DNA from: Lama glama
Lineage: Eukaryota
Assembly: GCA_028534125.1 (NCBI GenBank)
Contig: CM052817.1
Span: forward strand, 56,422,001 to 56,486,000
DNA length: 64,000 nt
Reading direction: 5' to 3'
Below the pieces are notes generated by a model. That model ran no database searches. It saw only the letters and a list, made by a program, of their open reading frames with translations, and was not told where the DNA came from. This document shows positions 49,673 to 63,728 of this stretch, piece by piece. The position numbers were made by a program, and so were the translations under genes. Numbering within the stretch: position 1 is the first letter of the stretch; each line of letters starts with the position of its first letter.

Positions 49673-52600
49673 CCTGTGAAATATGTAACTCATAATGAAA
49701 GTGATCCTCGTTTACTGATTGCCCCAAATACTGGAGGGCATCTGCGCATTGCTGAAGGGGATCTTACAGAGCGAGGATCACTTGGATTTTTTTTTTTTTT
49801 ACATTGCCCTTTCATTCAAGAAACAGTTTTCTTTAAAGCATTCTAGATCTATGATAGGCATCTTTCCTTAAATAAGTTACCCTTGATATTGAGGGAAAAA
49901 AAAAAAGAAATTGGAAGGCATTCCAGCATCACAAGCAGCCACTTGTGAAGGCTAGTGGAATTGGAACTTCAATGGAGAATTTAAAAAATTAAAAAAGAAA
50001 ATAATTTAAAGCTTCATTGATTTAAACTGGGTACTTGATTTTTTTTTTCCTTAGGTCTGAGTTAGCCTGTGGCAATCTAAGTTTACATTAAATAGAGTCA
50101 TCAACTCTCTTTTCTTGATTTCCTTTTTCTGACCCTACAAATTCTATTGCATAAATCTCACTAAAGGAAATATGAAAAACCTCCAGGCTTTGAAAAATGT
50201 GATTCAAGTATGCAATAAAGCATGTAATAAAGATCAGCTGTAGACGCTGTGGTTTAAAACACTACCAGTGATGCATAACTCAAACCTGAGGAATGGTATA
50301 AAAGGGAAAACAAGGACATTGTGTTTAAAATCTATTTCAAACTATTGATTAGTCCCTGCAGTTAAGAGTTAAAATAACTCAGGATTTTATCATACTCTTT
50401 TCTGAATAAATGAAAATTCATTTTAGGATTTTGCTTTTGTTCCCAGGTTAGCCACCTTTCTTCCGAGGACATCTAAATAATGTGTAAGCATGGAAGAAAA
50501 TAAGCATGTATCCTTACACAGCCCTATGATTTAAGAAAACCAATTATTCAACAAAAATTGTATGTTGCTTCATTCTCCTTCCCCCAAAACTGCTAATTTG
50601 TAACAATAATAATACATAGGAAAAATATCAATTAATTCTTTTTTGCTGTTTGACTTATCATTGACTTATCAGTCATGCAATTACACCTTAACCCTTTGAA
50701 ATTGAGTGAAACTTGTGTTTTATGTTTATATATGAGCTACTGCAATATAATCCATTATTCCCTGTGTTACTCTAGACCACAAATAATCTTAACCATTCAA
50801 AAGATAAGTGAAAGAGTCCATGATCCCTTAATCACCTGGAATTTTCAGAGTACACTGGGAATAAGACTGGCATGAACTTCGTCTTCTTATTGTACTTTCC
50901 AACTAGAAAAATACTCAAAGGAGAATCTCACTCATAAAACTTTACCATAAATATTGGTCTTGGGAAAAAGTAGTTGAACTTTTAGTAGCCTAATTGGCTG
51001 GGAGACAGTTCATTGAGGCTTTCTGCGGCTTACATGTCACAATCACATCAAACTGTTCTGTGACATAAACAAAAAAATGCCGTCATACTCATATAAAATG
51101 CATGAAGATTAGTAATATGCTCAAAACACTTTTTTAAAAGACAGAATGATCTATATCAAAAAATATACTTAATTTGTTAAATAGGAAACCAGTAAGTGAT
51201 AAAGCAGGTAGAAATAGCATTTTGAGAGACTAGGTATTTTGGGGAACTAGAAAACTAAGTCAGACACAAAACTGATGAATGCTAGCAGAAAATTAAAAAT
51301 ATAACATTTGGGATTGTTTTCTATTAGACAAAAATTTTTTGAAACTCTATTGGACAAAATCTAAGTTTTTAATCAATAGTAAACAGTTAAGTAAATAAAC
51401 ACAATCACATTCCTGGCTTAGAGCAGAGGTTACATGCTCATAGTAATCAATCAGAATTTTCCTTTCAGATCAATATTTGAAAGCATCCTCCTTGACAGCA
51501 TAAGAGAAGATGGATTTCCCAAGTGAGTTTTCAGTTCCATCCAAGAAACTCATTTCCAGCTTTATAAAGGAAAAGGATAGAATTTCCCTGTTGAAAAAAA
51601 TTTTGAATGAAACTCAAATGCTGCCATTATTGTGCCCCCAATTTCAGTGATTTTTCCCTACATACTGACAATTTTAAAAAGCAGAAGGGCAGAAAAACAA
51701 TGTGTACTAGGAATTTGTCACAAAAGACCCTTTAAAAACTCTTTTATAAAAAATTTTTCAACAATATTTCAGGGAACCATAGGTTCAACCTGAATGATCC
51801 AGAAGTCCTGTAGAAAACTGTTACATTATTTGTGAGCTTATTAATTTTGTTGAGTACTCAAATATGACACAGCAAGTGACTTCCAAATGAGAGAACATCT
51901 TATTGGAAGTCTTCTCTTCAAAATATACATTTGGAGTGAGGAAATGTTTAAAACATCTGCTATTGAAAATAACAAGAGAGATTTCAATACAAAATGGAAA
52001 ATGATGTGTATCATTTAAATATCCAATTATATTATAAAGACAAATGGAAATTTTAGTAAATGAAAAAATAATGAGCAATAATGAGTGCATGGGGATTTCA
52101 GTACAGTTAAGAAAAGAGGTAAGGTTTCACTCATGTTCTTTGGGTAGGTGATATATTGCTAAACAACCATTCGTCTTTTGACAAAATACACTTGCTCTAG
52201 GATTACAGGAAGACACATGGGTTCACTTCATCTTTCAGTTCCAAGGCCATTACCCATGTACAGACTTATTTACTTTAACCTGATCACCAAATGACTTTCC
52301 TAATTATCTATTTACACTGTTTGTCAGTTTTTTAAAAGTGTGTGTGTCTGTGTATATGTGTGTGTGTGTGTCTATTCCAAAACTTTTGGAAAACTGCAAC
52401 AGAAAATCTAAAATTCTGCCAGAAAAACAAACAAAAAAATTATATAGATGTGAATGTAATAAAAAGCTACTAATACTAAAACTATTAATAAAATCAAGAA
52501 ATTCTATCAAAACATATTCCTATTTTTCAGTAATAATCCAAATTCATGGTTATGACACACAATTTGACAGCTTAAATGAGAGACTGGGTTTTATTTTCAT

Positions 52601-53552
52601 TGTATTTATTTTAAAATGTATTTTCCTCAAAGAAGTTTTTTCTCATATTATCTACATATACACTTCCCCTCTTTGGAAACCTAGAGATAATAAGGAACAT
52701 TTTATGTGTTTTAACTAATTTGGCCAGTGGATACATTAGACAAATATAAATCGCCACATTCAAATGAAGAACTCTTGAGAGTAGAAACATATTCAAAGCT
52801 TGGGTATGATTTCTCTGCACAACTTTGAAATTTTCCTCTGCAAGATTAAACTCTCCTTTGGTAAGATGGTAAATCATACCCAGAGAACTTCATAAGTAAA
52901 TTCAAAGGTACTAAACATAAGTATTTAGACTTTATCAGAGAAAGTTGAAAAGTGATACATAATAGTATTCAAATATAAAATGTTATTACATAAATCAGAT
53001 CATGTCTAGCTGTTCTTTTCCATCGATAAGTGCAATTTTTCTCTAAGGCACCAAAATGAATGAAAAAGAAGAATGTTTACATGTACAAATAGTAGGCAAA
53101 GAAAAAGCATAGCTCATTTATTTACTTACCTATTTACTGTGTGCCTAACAGAGAGAATTTCAACTTGTCAGAACATGAAAAACCACACAATGACATTTCT
53201 AAAAAAAGAATCTAAATTTCTTATTAAATACTAATCTAAGGGCTTACATATTTTGAGAACTCCCCACAGTGATCCTGCCAGGCAGCCAGGAATGATAATC
53301 ATTGGTTAGTATGTGCTTGACACATTATTTTGTTGCAGGGATACGGGAAGTGTAAAATATAATCTTGCCTTCGGGAAGCTCATTGTGTAGTGGGAGAGAT
53401 AACTGTATAAGAAATGCAGCAGGAAAAGATACAGGTATAGGTAAAAATGCAGTGGTCACACACAGGTGAGAATGATTAGTTCTGTCCAAGTCTGTCAGAA
53501 AAGAGTTCTTAGAAGGGAATCCAGGAAAAAAATGAGTAAGAGTTTTTCTAGG

Positions 53553-53795
53553 CAATAATCAAATGGTAGCAAATACCATATGCCAGGCAATATCCCCAGG
53601 GCTTTTCACATATGGATTCTACTGATCCTCACAAGAGCCCATGAAATAGACACCATTCTTTCCCTTATTTTCCGGTGAAGAAACTGAGGCACAGAGAAGT
53701 GAGGCACAGGTCATACAATTTGAAAGTGGCTGTGAAAAGCCTGGAATTTGCTTTTCCAACTGTAGTACTAGGTTTTGGCCCCTATATTACACTAT
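53553..53795 (-). mobile_element. MIR
   Basis: atatgccaggca; gatcctcacaagagcccatga; gtgaagaaactgaggcacagagaagtga. Confidence 0.8.
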
Positions 53796-54139
53796 TCTTT
53801 CAAAGGTGAGGAAGGGAAACACAAATAAAGGTAAGAAAATGTACAAAAGAATGTTGAGAGTACTGCAGGCATGGACATACCATTTTTAAACTTTTAAGGG
53901 CATAATGAAAAAACACTATTTGCAATGACTCATGACTATTAGAATTGGCTACCTGATTAAAGGTTAGAAAGGATGCGAATAATTCATCATTAGGCTCCTC
54001 CCCACTATCTGTAATTAGAATACTGGTAACAGAGGAGACTAACTGCACAAAAGTTTGTTGTTTGTACAGACCCTGGGATTTTAATAGGTCTGTCCCTAAT
54101 GCCCTGCATCTTGCTGAACTGCTGCAGAATTCTAAGTGT

Positions 54140-55422
54140 TCAAATATTCACCCATTTTGTTCATTCAATAACATCTGTCACTGTTGACTATGCCTCCTTC
54201 TTCAAATACTTTTTTTTCAGTCTTTTATACACCTTACTTTTTCTTCCCACACCAGTTGGAATTTTCCTTTGTCAGACCTCTAAACGTTGAAATGTCTCGT
54301 TGATTTTGGCCCCTTCTCTCTACAAAGTTTCATCCAGTATCCTGACTGGAAATGCTTTCTGTATATGCCTGACTCCAAAACATGTATTCGCCAACACATA
54401 CCTTTCTCTGAGCTCTAAACTTCTGGATCTATTTGATTACTTGATATAAACACTTGTCCAAAAACAGAACTCTGGATTTTCTCTCATTCAACCTATTCTT
54501 CTTCAAGGATCACCCACCTCTTCGTACATACCACGACCCAGTTGTTCAGGTGAAAATTCATGGCATAATCCTTATTTTTTTTCTCCTTCTCATATATCTT
54601 ACCTCTAAACTCTCAGCAAAATGTATGGAATCAACCTCTGAAATATGTTCAGAATCTGGTTACATATCTCTTTTTATCCATATGTTGATTGGACCACCAT
54701 CACTAGATCACTTCAATTCCCTCACAATCAACTTATTTGCTGTCAGATTTGGTCTTCTACAATCTGTTCTCCCTTTCTCTTTGCATCAGTCTCCAGAGTG
54801 ACCATTTTAAAGCACAACCCTGATCATGTTACTCTCCTGATTAAAACATTTCAAAATCATCCCATCAAATAAAATATAACCTGGTTCTTTATTATGTTTT
54901 TATACTCTGTCTTCAACTCCATCCTGTTTTCCTTCTGTAGAGAACAGTATTACCACTCTATCCAGATCCCTCAGATTCCTTTTAACATTTCTGTGCCCTG
55001 AAAGCACTTCTTTAATAAATTGGTGATTAACTCTCAAGGTCTGTTTCTTCAGAGTGAAACCTAAATATACTCTGCTTCTGTGTTCTAGCCATATAAACTT
55101 TCTTTTTATTCTTCCAATAAATCAAGGTCATTGCCACTTCTAGAGACATTATACATAATCTTCCTTCCCCCGGGACAAGCTTTCTCCAGATCTTTGTACA
55201 GCTGATGTCTTCTCATGATTCAGATCTTAGCTCAACAGGATTTTCTTATTGAAGCCTTCCTAAATAAGTCTTGTCTACATACATCTTTATCAATTGCCTA
55301 TTTTATTATCTTAATAGCACTAGTAAGGTAGGGATCATGTCTATTTCATTCACTCTACCTCAGAAATTATAGCATTTACCAGAACATTCTAAACAGTCAA
55401 TGAAAGTGTTGTTGAATAAATA
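54140..55422 (+). mobile_element. L2 remnant
   Basis: tgactccaaaacatgtatt; tgtccaaaaacagaactc; ccagagtgaccattttaaa; gggatcatgtctatttcattcact; ends gttgaataaat. Confidence 0.8.
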
Positions 55423-55905
55423 TTGAAATAGGGATTTCTCTAGTAGATAAGTTTTTTCTGCAAAAACTCGTATTATGTAATTTAGAAAAACCCATTTACA
55501 CATGCAATATCATGTTTAAAATGTGAACCAAATATGGATCTGCAGTTAGGATATACATTTCTTGTTCTATATCCCCCAAGTATTGGGTAATAATGTTAGA
55601 CAGTCGACTATTAAATTACTTTAAGCCCAACATCATATGGACAACATTTTTAGATGGCTTATTCAGTTAATAGTACATTCACTTATGCATGTGTAAGAAG
55701 GGAGATTAACTTCAGGAATGGAATAAAAGGAACAGTAATAAACATTATTATATAACAACTTAAAGAGATGAGCATGCTTTCATCATGAAGAACTTGAAGC
55801 AAACATAGTGCTTTCAAGTCAGGACTCTGTAGGAAGTTGGAAATATGGGTTTGATATTTGGTTAAGAAATTTTCGGCACATACAAGAATATATTTTAAAA
55901 TATTT

Positions 55906-56336
55906 GCAGGTTGCACTCTGTGGGAAGCGCACTCTGTGGGAAGCTCACTCTGAGAAAGAAAATTTTTAGGAAATATGCTTGGCATGGAAATCTTTGGGAT
56001 GAGAGGTAAGAAAGCAAAAAAGGTCAGGAGGAGAAGTTGAGCTGCAGTGCATCCAGTGAAGGCCTCTGCTGACTCCAATAGGGAGCTTTAGAGCTGGGGT
56101 CATCCTTCAGTGTTCCTTCAAATGGAACAAGGAGCAGCCTGTACCCCTACATTGATAAATCACTGGATTCTGAATGCCCTGGAAGGAGGTGTGGCCATGT
56201 TAAGGCAACTCCTCAAATGACACAGTCTGCAAAGTAGGAAGATACCTGAAAAACACCTTTAGCAGCATTCCCAATAGCTTAGGAAATAAGTCCTGCATTC
56301 TTGAAGAGAGATCTGGGTGTCATATCACAGCACCAA
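55906..56336 (-). mobile_element. ERVL solo LTR (LTR16 family)
   Basis: tgcaggttg...gggaagc..actctgaga; gagaagttgagctgcagtgca; gaaggcctctgctgac; gggagctttagagctggg; includes a 16-bp tandem duplication near 55913-55945. Confidence 0.75.
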
Positions 56337-59065
56337 AACTTCCATGTAAAATAACACAAATAATGTATAATTCTCTTAGGTAATAGTTAAATCACTTATG
56401 CAGTTGGAGTCGATATTGCAATATCAATGAAGTTCATACTTTTTGTTTCATCAAAGGATTTATGTAGATGAAAATAGATTAACTGTGGCATATTCTAATA
56501 ACTTTTTACTGATAGGCCAATGTATACAGCAAAATACCAATTGCCATGTGTAATTTAATTTTAGAAATCTATTCCCAACAAGTTTGGCCCCGTTGCTGTT
56601 CTGGAAGATAGTTTATTATTCTCTGGCTGTGACAATATTAAAATCTAAGATTTTTAGCTTCTAAGAAGAGGTACCGAACATGTTTCAAGAGAAGCTCATG
56701 AAGTCAATGACATTTATATTGCTCAGGAAAGATCTACTCAGTCACCCTGACAATTAATCATGAAGTAAAAAGGAGGAGACATTTTTAGAGAATGGGAGGG
56801 AATATGTGAAATGGGTCAAGAAAATTGACTGACACACCCTCGCTTATTAGGTAAGCAGCTCTTCCTATCACCTGCTTTAGGTAAAGTTAAAAATTTTACT
56901 AGGCATAGATGTGATTTTTGTTTACTTTTTTTCATAATTATACTCATGTATCAGAATAATTTGGTCTCCTAGTACATATCTGTGAAAGATTTTTAAGTCC
57001 TTGTCAGTATCATTGATTCAGAGTTCCAAATAAAAGAGAAGTTGACCAGCTTCTTAGTCATATCTGACCATGCTCTTTGCCTTTCAGCTCTTCATTTTTT
57101 TGAAATATATGTTTCACTCTTCAGGAAAGTCTTAACTTTATTTATTCTGTTAGACTCACAGATGAATTCACCCCTTTCTTAAAGCTTTGTATCTCTGGCC
57201 TAATCTTTTTTAACCCTCTCATGAAAATTAATAACATATAGATTATATGATGTATTTTATTATTATAGATAATAGTATTAACTGTCATGTATGTTCAATT
57301 CTATGTTAGACATGTCTCCTCAATTACAATGTATCTTCTGCAACAGCAAAATTCACATTATCTATAATGCTTAAAATGATGAATATAGGAAGCTCTATCA
57401 TGGTTGATTGATAATATGATTCACTGAGGCACTGAAGCAAATTATCTAAATGAAAATAATGAGTTCACTCGAATTCCAAGAATAGGAAAAACTAGTTTGT
57501 TCTGAATATTTTTTTTCAGTTTCTACTTATTATAAAATTTAATCAAAGTCATTTTCCGAGTAACTCTTTCAAATTGCGGTGTTCATTTTTACTCCCCCTC
57601 CAATAGTATCTAGCAAAAGAGGATAAAACAGTTTTAACTCGGGAAAAAGAAATGAGAATTCTGAACTTTACATAAATAGCAGCACAAAATGAAAACAATA
57701 TGTTTTTGTTGTAAGTTGTATCTTTGAATCATCTTATTTTATTTCTTCCTATAGGCAGAATTCCCCAGGTGTTTGCTTAAACAAATAGGAAATGAAAGGA
57801 AAGGCAAATTCAATTATTCCACTCAGTAACTGAAATTAGCATGATGGAAATGTTCAGGAACAGGTATAATTAGAAACAACAGATGTGTTTTTATATATTG
57901 AGTTGCCATGTTGTAATCACAGAAATAATCACAATGTCTAAGAAAGTCGTATCTTTTTAGATCATTAAAATTATATATGTTTACCCATTGGTGTTGATGT
58001 GAAAACAGTGGTAAAATATAGGCATTTCAGTAAATAGAGTCTTGGAGATGCTATTTTTAAAATGTTGATATTTTTTACAAAGTCACCTTGCTTCCTACCA
58101 GACTATATTCTTCTATGAACATTCCTTCCACCATGATATGTAGTAAGAAATCTCACAAATGTTGATTATTACAAAATCATTCTGCCTTCCAGCCTGTTGA
58201 GTAGGTATGGGTTTGGTAAGGGGACCCACCTTTCCATTTTGCTAAACTGCATAATATATTATCTTAAACATTTTTATAAAAATAGTAACCAATCAAGAAC
58301 ACAGAGTTTTAGCCAGTGATAATCAGGTTGCTAACAACGGTACTGATCATATATACATTTGATTAAGAATGTATTCCAAAGTGAATAATCCAACTAAATT
58401 TGAGATAAAAAGCAGCATAAGAAACAGAATACATAAGAATTAATGATTATGATATCTAAAATGCTTGGAAGTTATGGCATAGTTTCTATTCATATTTTAA
58501 ATCAACATGTTTCCCACCTGTGAAATTATGACTGTATTGTCACGTATATTTCTATCTCAAATGGCTTCTTCCTAAAGATGGATCTTTCTCTTTAGGATAC
58601 TTTAATAACAACTAAAATTCTAACAAAATAAATTGTTAACAAAATCAAACAAGACTTGCCAGTGATGATAATGACAATTAAAGCTAAATGTTATTTCCTC
58701 CAAGCAGTGAAATAAAATACTAATTTTACCTTGATGACTTTTAAGAAAATCTTCATCACTCTAATGTTTTGTGGTATATATTTCCCACCAAGCTGATTAA
58801 TAGATGCTAAATAATAAGATATCTTCCTCAATGCTGCTAGGATATAGGATTGAACAGAATGTACTGTCATCCTTTCTTTTTGAATTATATTCAGATATTT
58901 ACACCTTGTTTACATTCTTCTTTTAATTACACGATTTATTATAGTCAGCCCTCTGTCAATAAGAAGTATTTTTTCTCAGCTTTTATCAGAAGCTTATATA
59001 TTTACTCAAGTTCCTGTATCTAGAACTGTACTATAAGAAATGTAATTTTCAATTTTAAGGATTAA

Positions 59066-61379
59066 ACTTTTAATATTTTATATACTTCAGATTTTAGAAC
59101 AGTTTCAGATGTATAGAAAAGTCACAAAGATAGCACAGAAGTTTCCATATTGTCCACACCCAGTTTACCCTCTTGTCAACATCTTACATTAGTATGGTGC
59201 ATTGGTCATAATTAACAAACCAATACTGATACGTTATTACTAATTAAAGTCCATATGTTATTCACATTTCCTTAGTTTGTACCTAATATCCTTTTTCTGT
59301 TTCAAGATCCCATGCAGGATATCACATTACATTTTGTCATCATGTCACCTTAGGCTACTCTTGACTATGACAGTTTCTTAAACTTGCCCTATTTTCGATG
59401 ACTTTAACAATTTTAAGATGTATTGTTCAGGTGTTTTTTAGAATACTCAATTGGGATTTTTCTTATAATTAGGCCTAGTGTTATGGGAGGAAGGAAGGAG
59501 GAAAACCACAGAGGTCAAATGTCATCTTCATTGCATTTTATCAAAAGTACATATTGTCAACATGACTTTTCACTGTTAATGTTAAACTTGGTCACCTGAG
59601 TTAAGATAGAATTTGTCAGATTTCTCCTTTCTAAAGTTACTATTTTCTTCTTTTCCATACTGTAGTCTTTGGAAGACAGTCACTCTGTGCAGCCTACCCT
59701 TACAGTGTGGGGAGGTGGAGAGTTCCACTCCACCTCCTGGAGGGTAGATTATCTACATACATTATTTGAAATTCTTCTGCTCAGGAGATTTGTTTATTTT
59801 TCCCCATTTACTTATTCATTCAATCATTTATTCCCATCAATATGAACTCATGGATATTTATTTTATACTTCAGGTTATGATCCAATACTATTTGTGTGTG
59901 TGTGTATGCATGTGTGTGGCTCAAATTGTTTTATATTTGGCAATTGGAAGCTCTTTCATTTGGTACCAAGTCCCTTGACATCCCTTACCATTGTTTGTGT
60001 TTTACAATTGTTATTTTTTTAGTGCTACCTTAATTTCAGCTACTGTAGAATGCTTTAGGCTCATCTTGTATATCCCCTGCCCCAGTAGTTATTAAATCAA
60101 CTGTTCTCCAAGTACCCCTAGTTCCTTTCATTGGTAATGGTATTAGAAACCAAGATCTGGATACTCAGTGTACTCACTGCTATTGGGGTGTTGTTGCCTC
60201 TAGATGTTCTCAGCTGACTAAGCAAGGGAATACATATGCAATATTAGCTCATGCATGTACATGTATCTGTAATTATTTCTCTACGTAACATCTGTATTTA
60301 TGCAAAGGTAAACATGAGTTCATACTGCTGTTTCCAGCTGAGTCCTTTATGTCATGGATCATTCTAGCCTCCTCTCCTTGCTGGTATGTACCCTTTCAAT
60401 CTGAGAGTGAGAAACCCTACCACCCACTATTCATTTACATAATTGCTGAATTTCAGGATACATGTACAGTGGTCTCAGAACTGTAAATCTGTACCTCTAT
60501 GTAAAACAACTTTATCAACTACAGTACAGAGTTATGTATATTTCTCTAATCTGTAAGACTAAAAGATTCCACTCACTTCCAAAGTTACACAGGTCAGCAG
60601 CTTTTGCTTCCAACCCCAATATGAGGTCGTTTCTTGTATCTGTAATACAGCTATATTCTTCTGCCACAGATAGCATTCTATTATAGGATTCATGCCCTCC
60701 ATCTTATGTTTTTAATTTATGTACAGTAGGATTTATTCTGAGCTGTCAAGTTCTATGAGTACCTAGGTTCACGAATTGTGCCATATGTTCACAGTTACAC
60801 TACCATACAAAGTAGTTTCACAGCCCTGAAATTCTTCTGTGTTTCACCTATTTAAACTTCCCTCACTCTAGATTCCAGACAATCACTGATCTGTTTAAAT
60901 TTTCTATAGTTTTGCCTTTTCCAGGATGTCATTTAAATGGAATCACACAGTTCGTAGCATTCTCATACTGGCTTCTTTCTTTTGGCAATATGCATTTAAA
61001 ATTCATTCATGTCTTTAAACGGCTTGTTAATGCATTCCTTTTTAAAACTGGATATTATTCCATTGTATGACTGTATTATAGTTTGTTTATACATTTATCT
61101 GAGTGACATCTTGGTTGCTTCTAGTTTGGGGTGATTAGGAATAAAGATATTATAATCATTTGCATACCAGTTTTTGTGTGGACATAGTTTCAAGTAAGTT
61201 GAGTAAATACACAGAAGTGCAACTGTTGGGATTGTATAGTAGGGCTCTGTTTAGCTCTTTTGAAAACTGCCAAACTATCTTCCAAAGTGAGAATGCAATT
61301 ATGCATTTCTACCAGTAATGAATGGGAGTTCCTGCTGTTCTAACTCTTCAACAGTAATTGGTATTATCCATTTATTGGA
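59066..61379 (-). mobile_element. Old L1 (L1MC/MD-like) long 3'UTR and ORF2 end
   Basis: tttagaacagtttcagatgtatagaaaagt; aaccaatactgatacgttattactaa; gtattagaaaccaagatctgg; tttgccttttccaggatgtc; aactgccaaactatcttccaaagtg. Confidence 0.88.
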
Positions 61380-61456
61380 TTTTTTTCTATTGAAGTATAC
61401 AGTGAAGACTTACAATGCTGTGTTAGTTTTTGGTGTGCAGCAAAGTGATTCATATA

Positions 61457-61499
<43 letters not shown>

Positions 61500-61838
61500 T
61501 TCAGATTCTTTTCCCATCATAGGTTATTTTAATATTGAATATTGTTTCCTGTGCTATACAGTAGGCACTTGTTTTTATCCACTTTATATATAGTAGTGTC
61601 TATCTGTTAATCTCAAATTTCCAACATATCCCTATGCACCTTTCCCTTTTGGTAACCATAAGTTTGTTTTTTTATGTGTGTTAGTCTATTTCTGTTTTGT
61701 AAATAAATTCGTTTTTTTAGATTCCACACATTAGTGATACCATATGATGTTTGTCTTTCTCTATTGGACTTACTTGACTTAGTATGGTAATCTCTAGGTC
61801 ATCCATGTTGCTGCAAATGACATTATTTCTCATTTATA
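61380..61838 (-). mobile_element. Younger cetartiodactyl L1 3' end with internal (TG)n
   Basis: ttttctattgaagtata; cctgtgctatacagtagg; tggtaaccataagtttgttt; tccatgttgctgcaaatg. Confidence 0.9.
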
Positions 61839-62089
61839 AGCATATCACTTTACCACTAAATAAGAATATTTGTTGAGAAAATAAATAAGAATTATTGTTG
61901 AGAAAAATAGGATGTTATGTGATTTTTCTTCCTTTTAACGTGGTCATAGATAATCATATATCCCGGAAGTAGGGAGCATTTGTATATTCAAAACTGAGTC
62001 AAGGAGGAGAAAAAAGATGAGGATGTTAATCAGGAGAAGAAAGACATAGGCACAAAGTGTTACCAAAATGCAAATAAAAATGGGGAAGA

Positions 62090-62589
62090 NNNNNNNNNNN
62101 NNNNNNNNNNNNNNNNNNNNNNNNNNNNNNNNNNNNNNNNNNNNNNNNNNNNNNNNNNNNNNNNNNNNNNNNNNNNNNNNNNNNNNNNNNNNNNNNNNNN
62201 NNNNNNNNNNNNNNNNNNNNNNNNNNNNNNNNNNNNNNNNNNNNNNNNNNNNNNNNNNNNNNNNNNNNNNNNNNNNNNNNNNNNNNNNNNNNNNNNNNNN
62301 NNNNNNNNNNNNNNNNNNNNNNNNNNNNNNNNNNNNNNNNNNNNNNNNNNNNNNNNNNNNNNNNNNNNNNNNNNNNNNNNNNNNNNNNNNNNNNNNNNNN
62401 NNNNNNNNNNNNNNNNNNNNNNNNNNNNNNNNNNNNNNNNNNNNNNNNNNNNNNNNNNNNNNNNNNNNNNNNNNNNNNNNNNNNNNNNNNNNNNNNNNNN
62501 NNNNNNNNNNNNNNNNNNNNNNNNNNNNNNNNNNNNNNNNNNNNNNNNNNNNNNNNNNNNNNNNNNNNNNNNNNNNNNNNNNNNNNNNN
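62090..62589. other. Assembly gap (500 N)
   Basis: N run. Confidence 1.
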
Positions 62590-62905
62590 GTAATCACAGA
62601 AGACCTTAAAAGTAGGGGAGGGTGGCAGAAGAGAGAGAACCACAGGGACGGCAGCATGAGAACAGTGTGACAACCATAGCTGCTGCCTTTGAATTGGGGA
62701 AAGGTAGCCACAAAGAAAGGAATGTGGGTGCCTCTAACAGCGGAAAAAGGCAAGGAAACAAATTCTGCCCCCAGAAGGAGTGTATCCCTGAAAATCTTGA
62801 TTTCAGCCCACTGAGAATCATTTTGGACTTCTGATCATCAGAACTATAAGATGATAAATTTGTGTTGTTTCCAACCACTGAGTTTATGCCAATAGCAATC
62901 TAATA
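62590..62905 (+). mobile_element. MaLR LTR (MLT1D/E-like), 5' part lost in gap
   Basis: gtaatcacag; aaggaatgtgggtgcctcta; ggaaaaaggcaaggaaaca; ttggacttctga...cagaactataagatgataaatttgtgttgttt. Confidence 0.82.
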
Positions 62906-62954
62906 TAGTACTAAAATGATCCTAAATGGAACTTTCTTAAAGAAGTCTTTCCAG

Positions 62955-63020
62955 TGTAACAGAATCGATTTGCTGTTCATCTGAAACTAACACATTTTAA
63001 ATCAACCATACTTCAATAAA
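62955..63020 (+). mobile_element. 66-bp extremely 5'-truncated L1 insertion with 16-bp TSD
   Basis: L1 terminus ttgctgttcatctgaaactaacac...aatcaaccatacttcaataaa; TSD aaagaagt(c/a)tttccag at 62939-62954 and 63021-63036; TT|AAAG site. Confidence 0.85.
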
Positions 63021-63036
63021 AAAGAAGTATTTCCAG

Positions 63037-63245
63037 AACACCTAGAATAGTTCTCTTTGTTCTCCTTCACAGCAGTTCTCTCAATTTTAACTGAATAAAT
63101 ACTGTTTAGTTAGTATTTGTCACCTATTTGAGAAGTTAAGCTCAATGAAGACAAGGATTTCACACGTTTTATCCTAGCAAAATTCTCAAGTCTCAACATA
63201 AGACCTGACTCCATAAGTGCTTGATAAATACTTATTAGATAAAAT
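63037..63245 (+). mobile_element. L2 3' fragment
   Basis: taagctcaatgaagacaaggatt; acctgactccataagtgcttgataaatact. Confidence 0.65.
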
Positions 63246-63512
63246 TGATTTTTAAATAAGATATTGATTCGGTTTTACTCTTCTGGGGCTATCAAGGACC
63301 AATCTAGGAAAAATGAGTTTTGAATTCTTTAAATATTTTAAGAAAGGGATCACAAGAGAGTAAAAATATCTTGCCCAGAGGAAAACCTATTAGTGCTAGG
63401 ACTGCCTGCCTGACTTGTGAATATTTCTTCTGCCTTTTGAAGGCAGAGTATTCTCCTTCAGTCTGAATCTTAATCTACAGGACTATTTACAAATTGTCTT
63501 AAAAATAGAAAA

Positions 63513-63728
63513 GGTCCTAATATGATAGAACTGAAATCCTACAGAATAGAATTTAATCTGAGATCTCTCTCCCCATGCATGCACAGAGGAAAGGCCACGT
63601 GAGGACACAGCAAGAAGGTGGCAATCCACAAGCCAGAAAGAAGTTTCACTGGAAACCAGTTTTGATGGCACCTTAATCTTTCATCCTACAGAACTGTGAG
63701 AAAATAAATTTGTGTTGTTTCAGGCATT
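63513..63728 (+). mobile_element. MaLR LTR fragment (MLT1A/B-like) ending near the polyA site
   Basis: ggccacgtgaggacacagcaagaaggtggc; cagaactgtgagaaaataaatttgtgttgttt. Confidence 0.8.

Noticed and set aside
55683..56078. 131-aa minus-strand ORF
   Set aside because: Partly derived from an LTR16-like element, with no recognisable domain
56412..56425. 14-bp palindrome gatattgcaatatc
   Set aside because: Expected by chance in 64 kb of AT-rich DNA
61944..62753. Long ORFs across 61.9-62.8 kb
   Set aside because: Artefacts of the N gap
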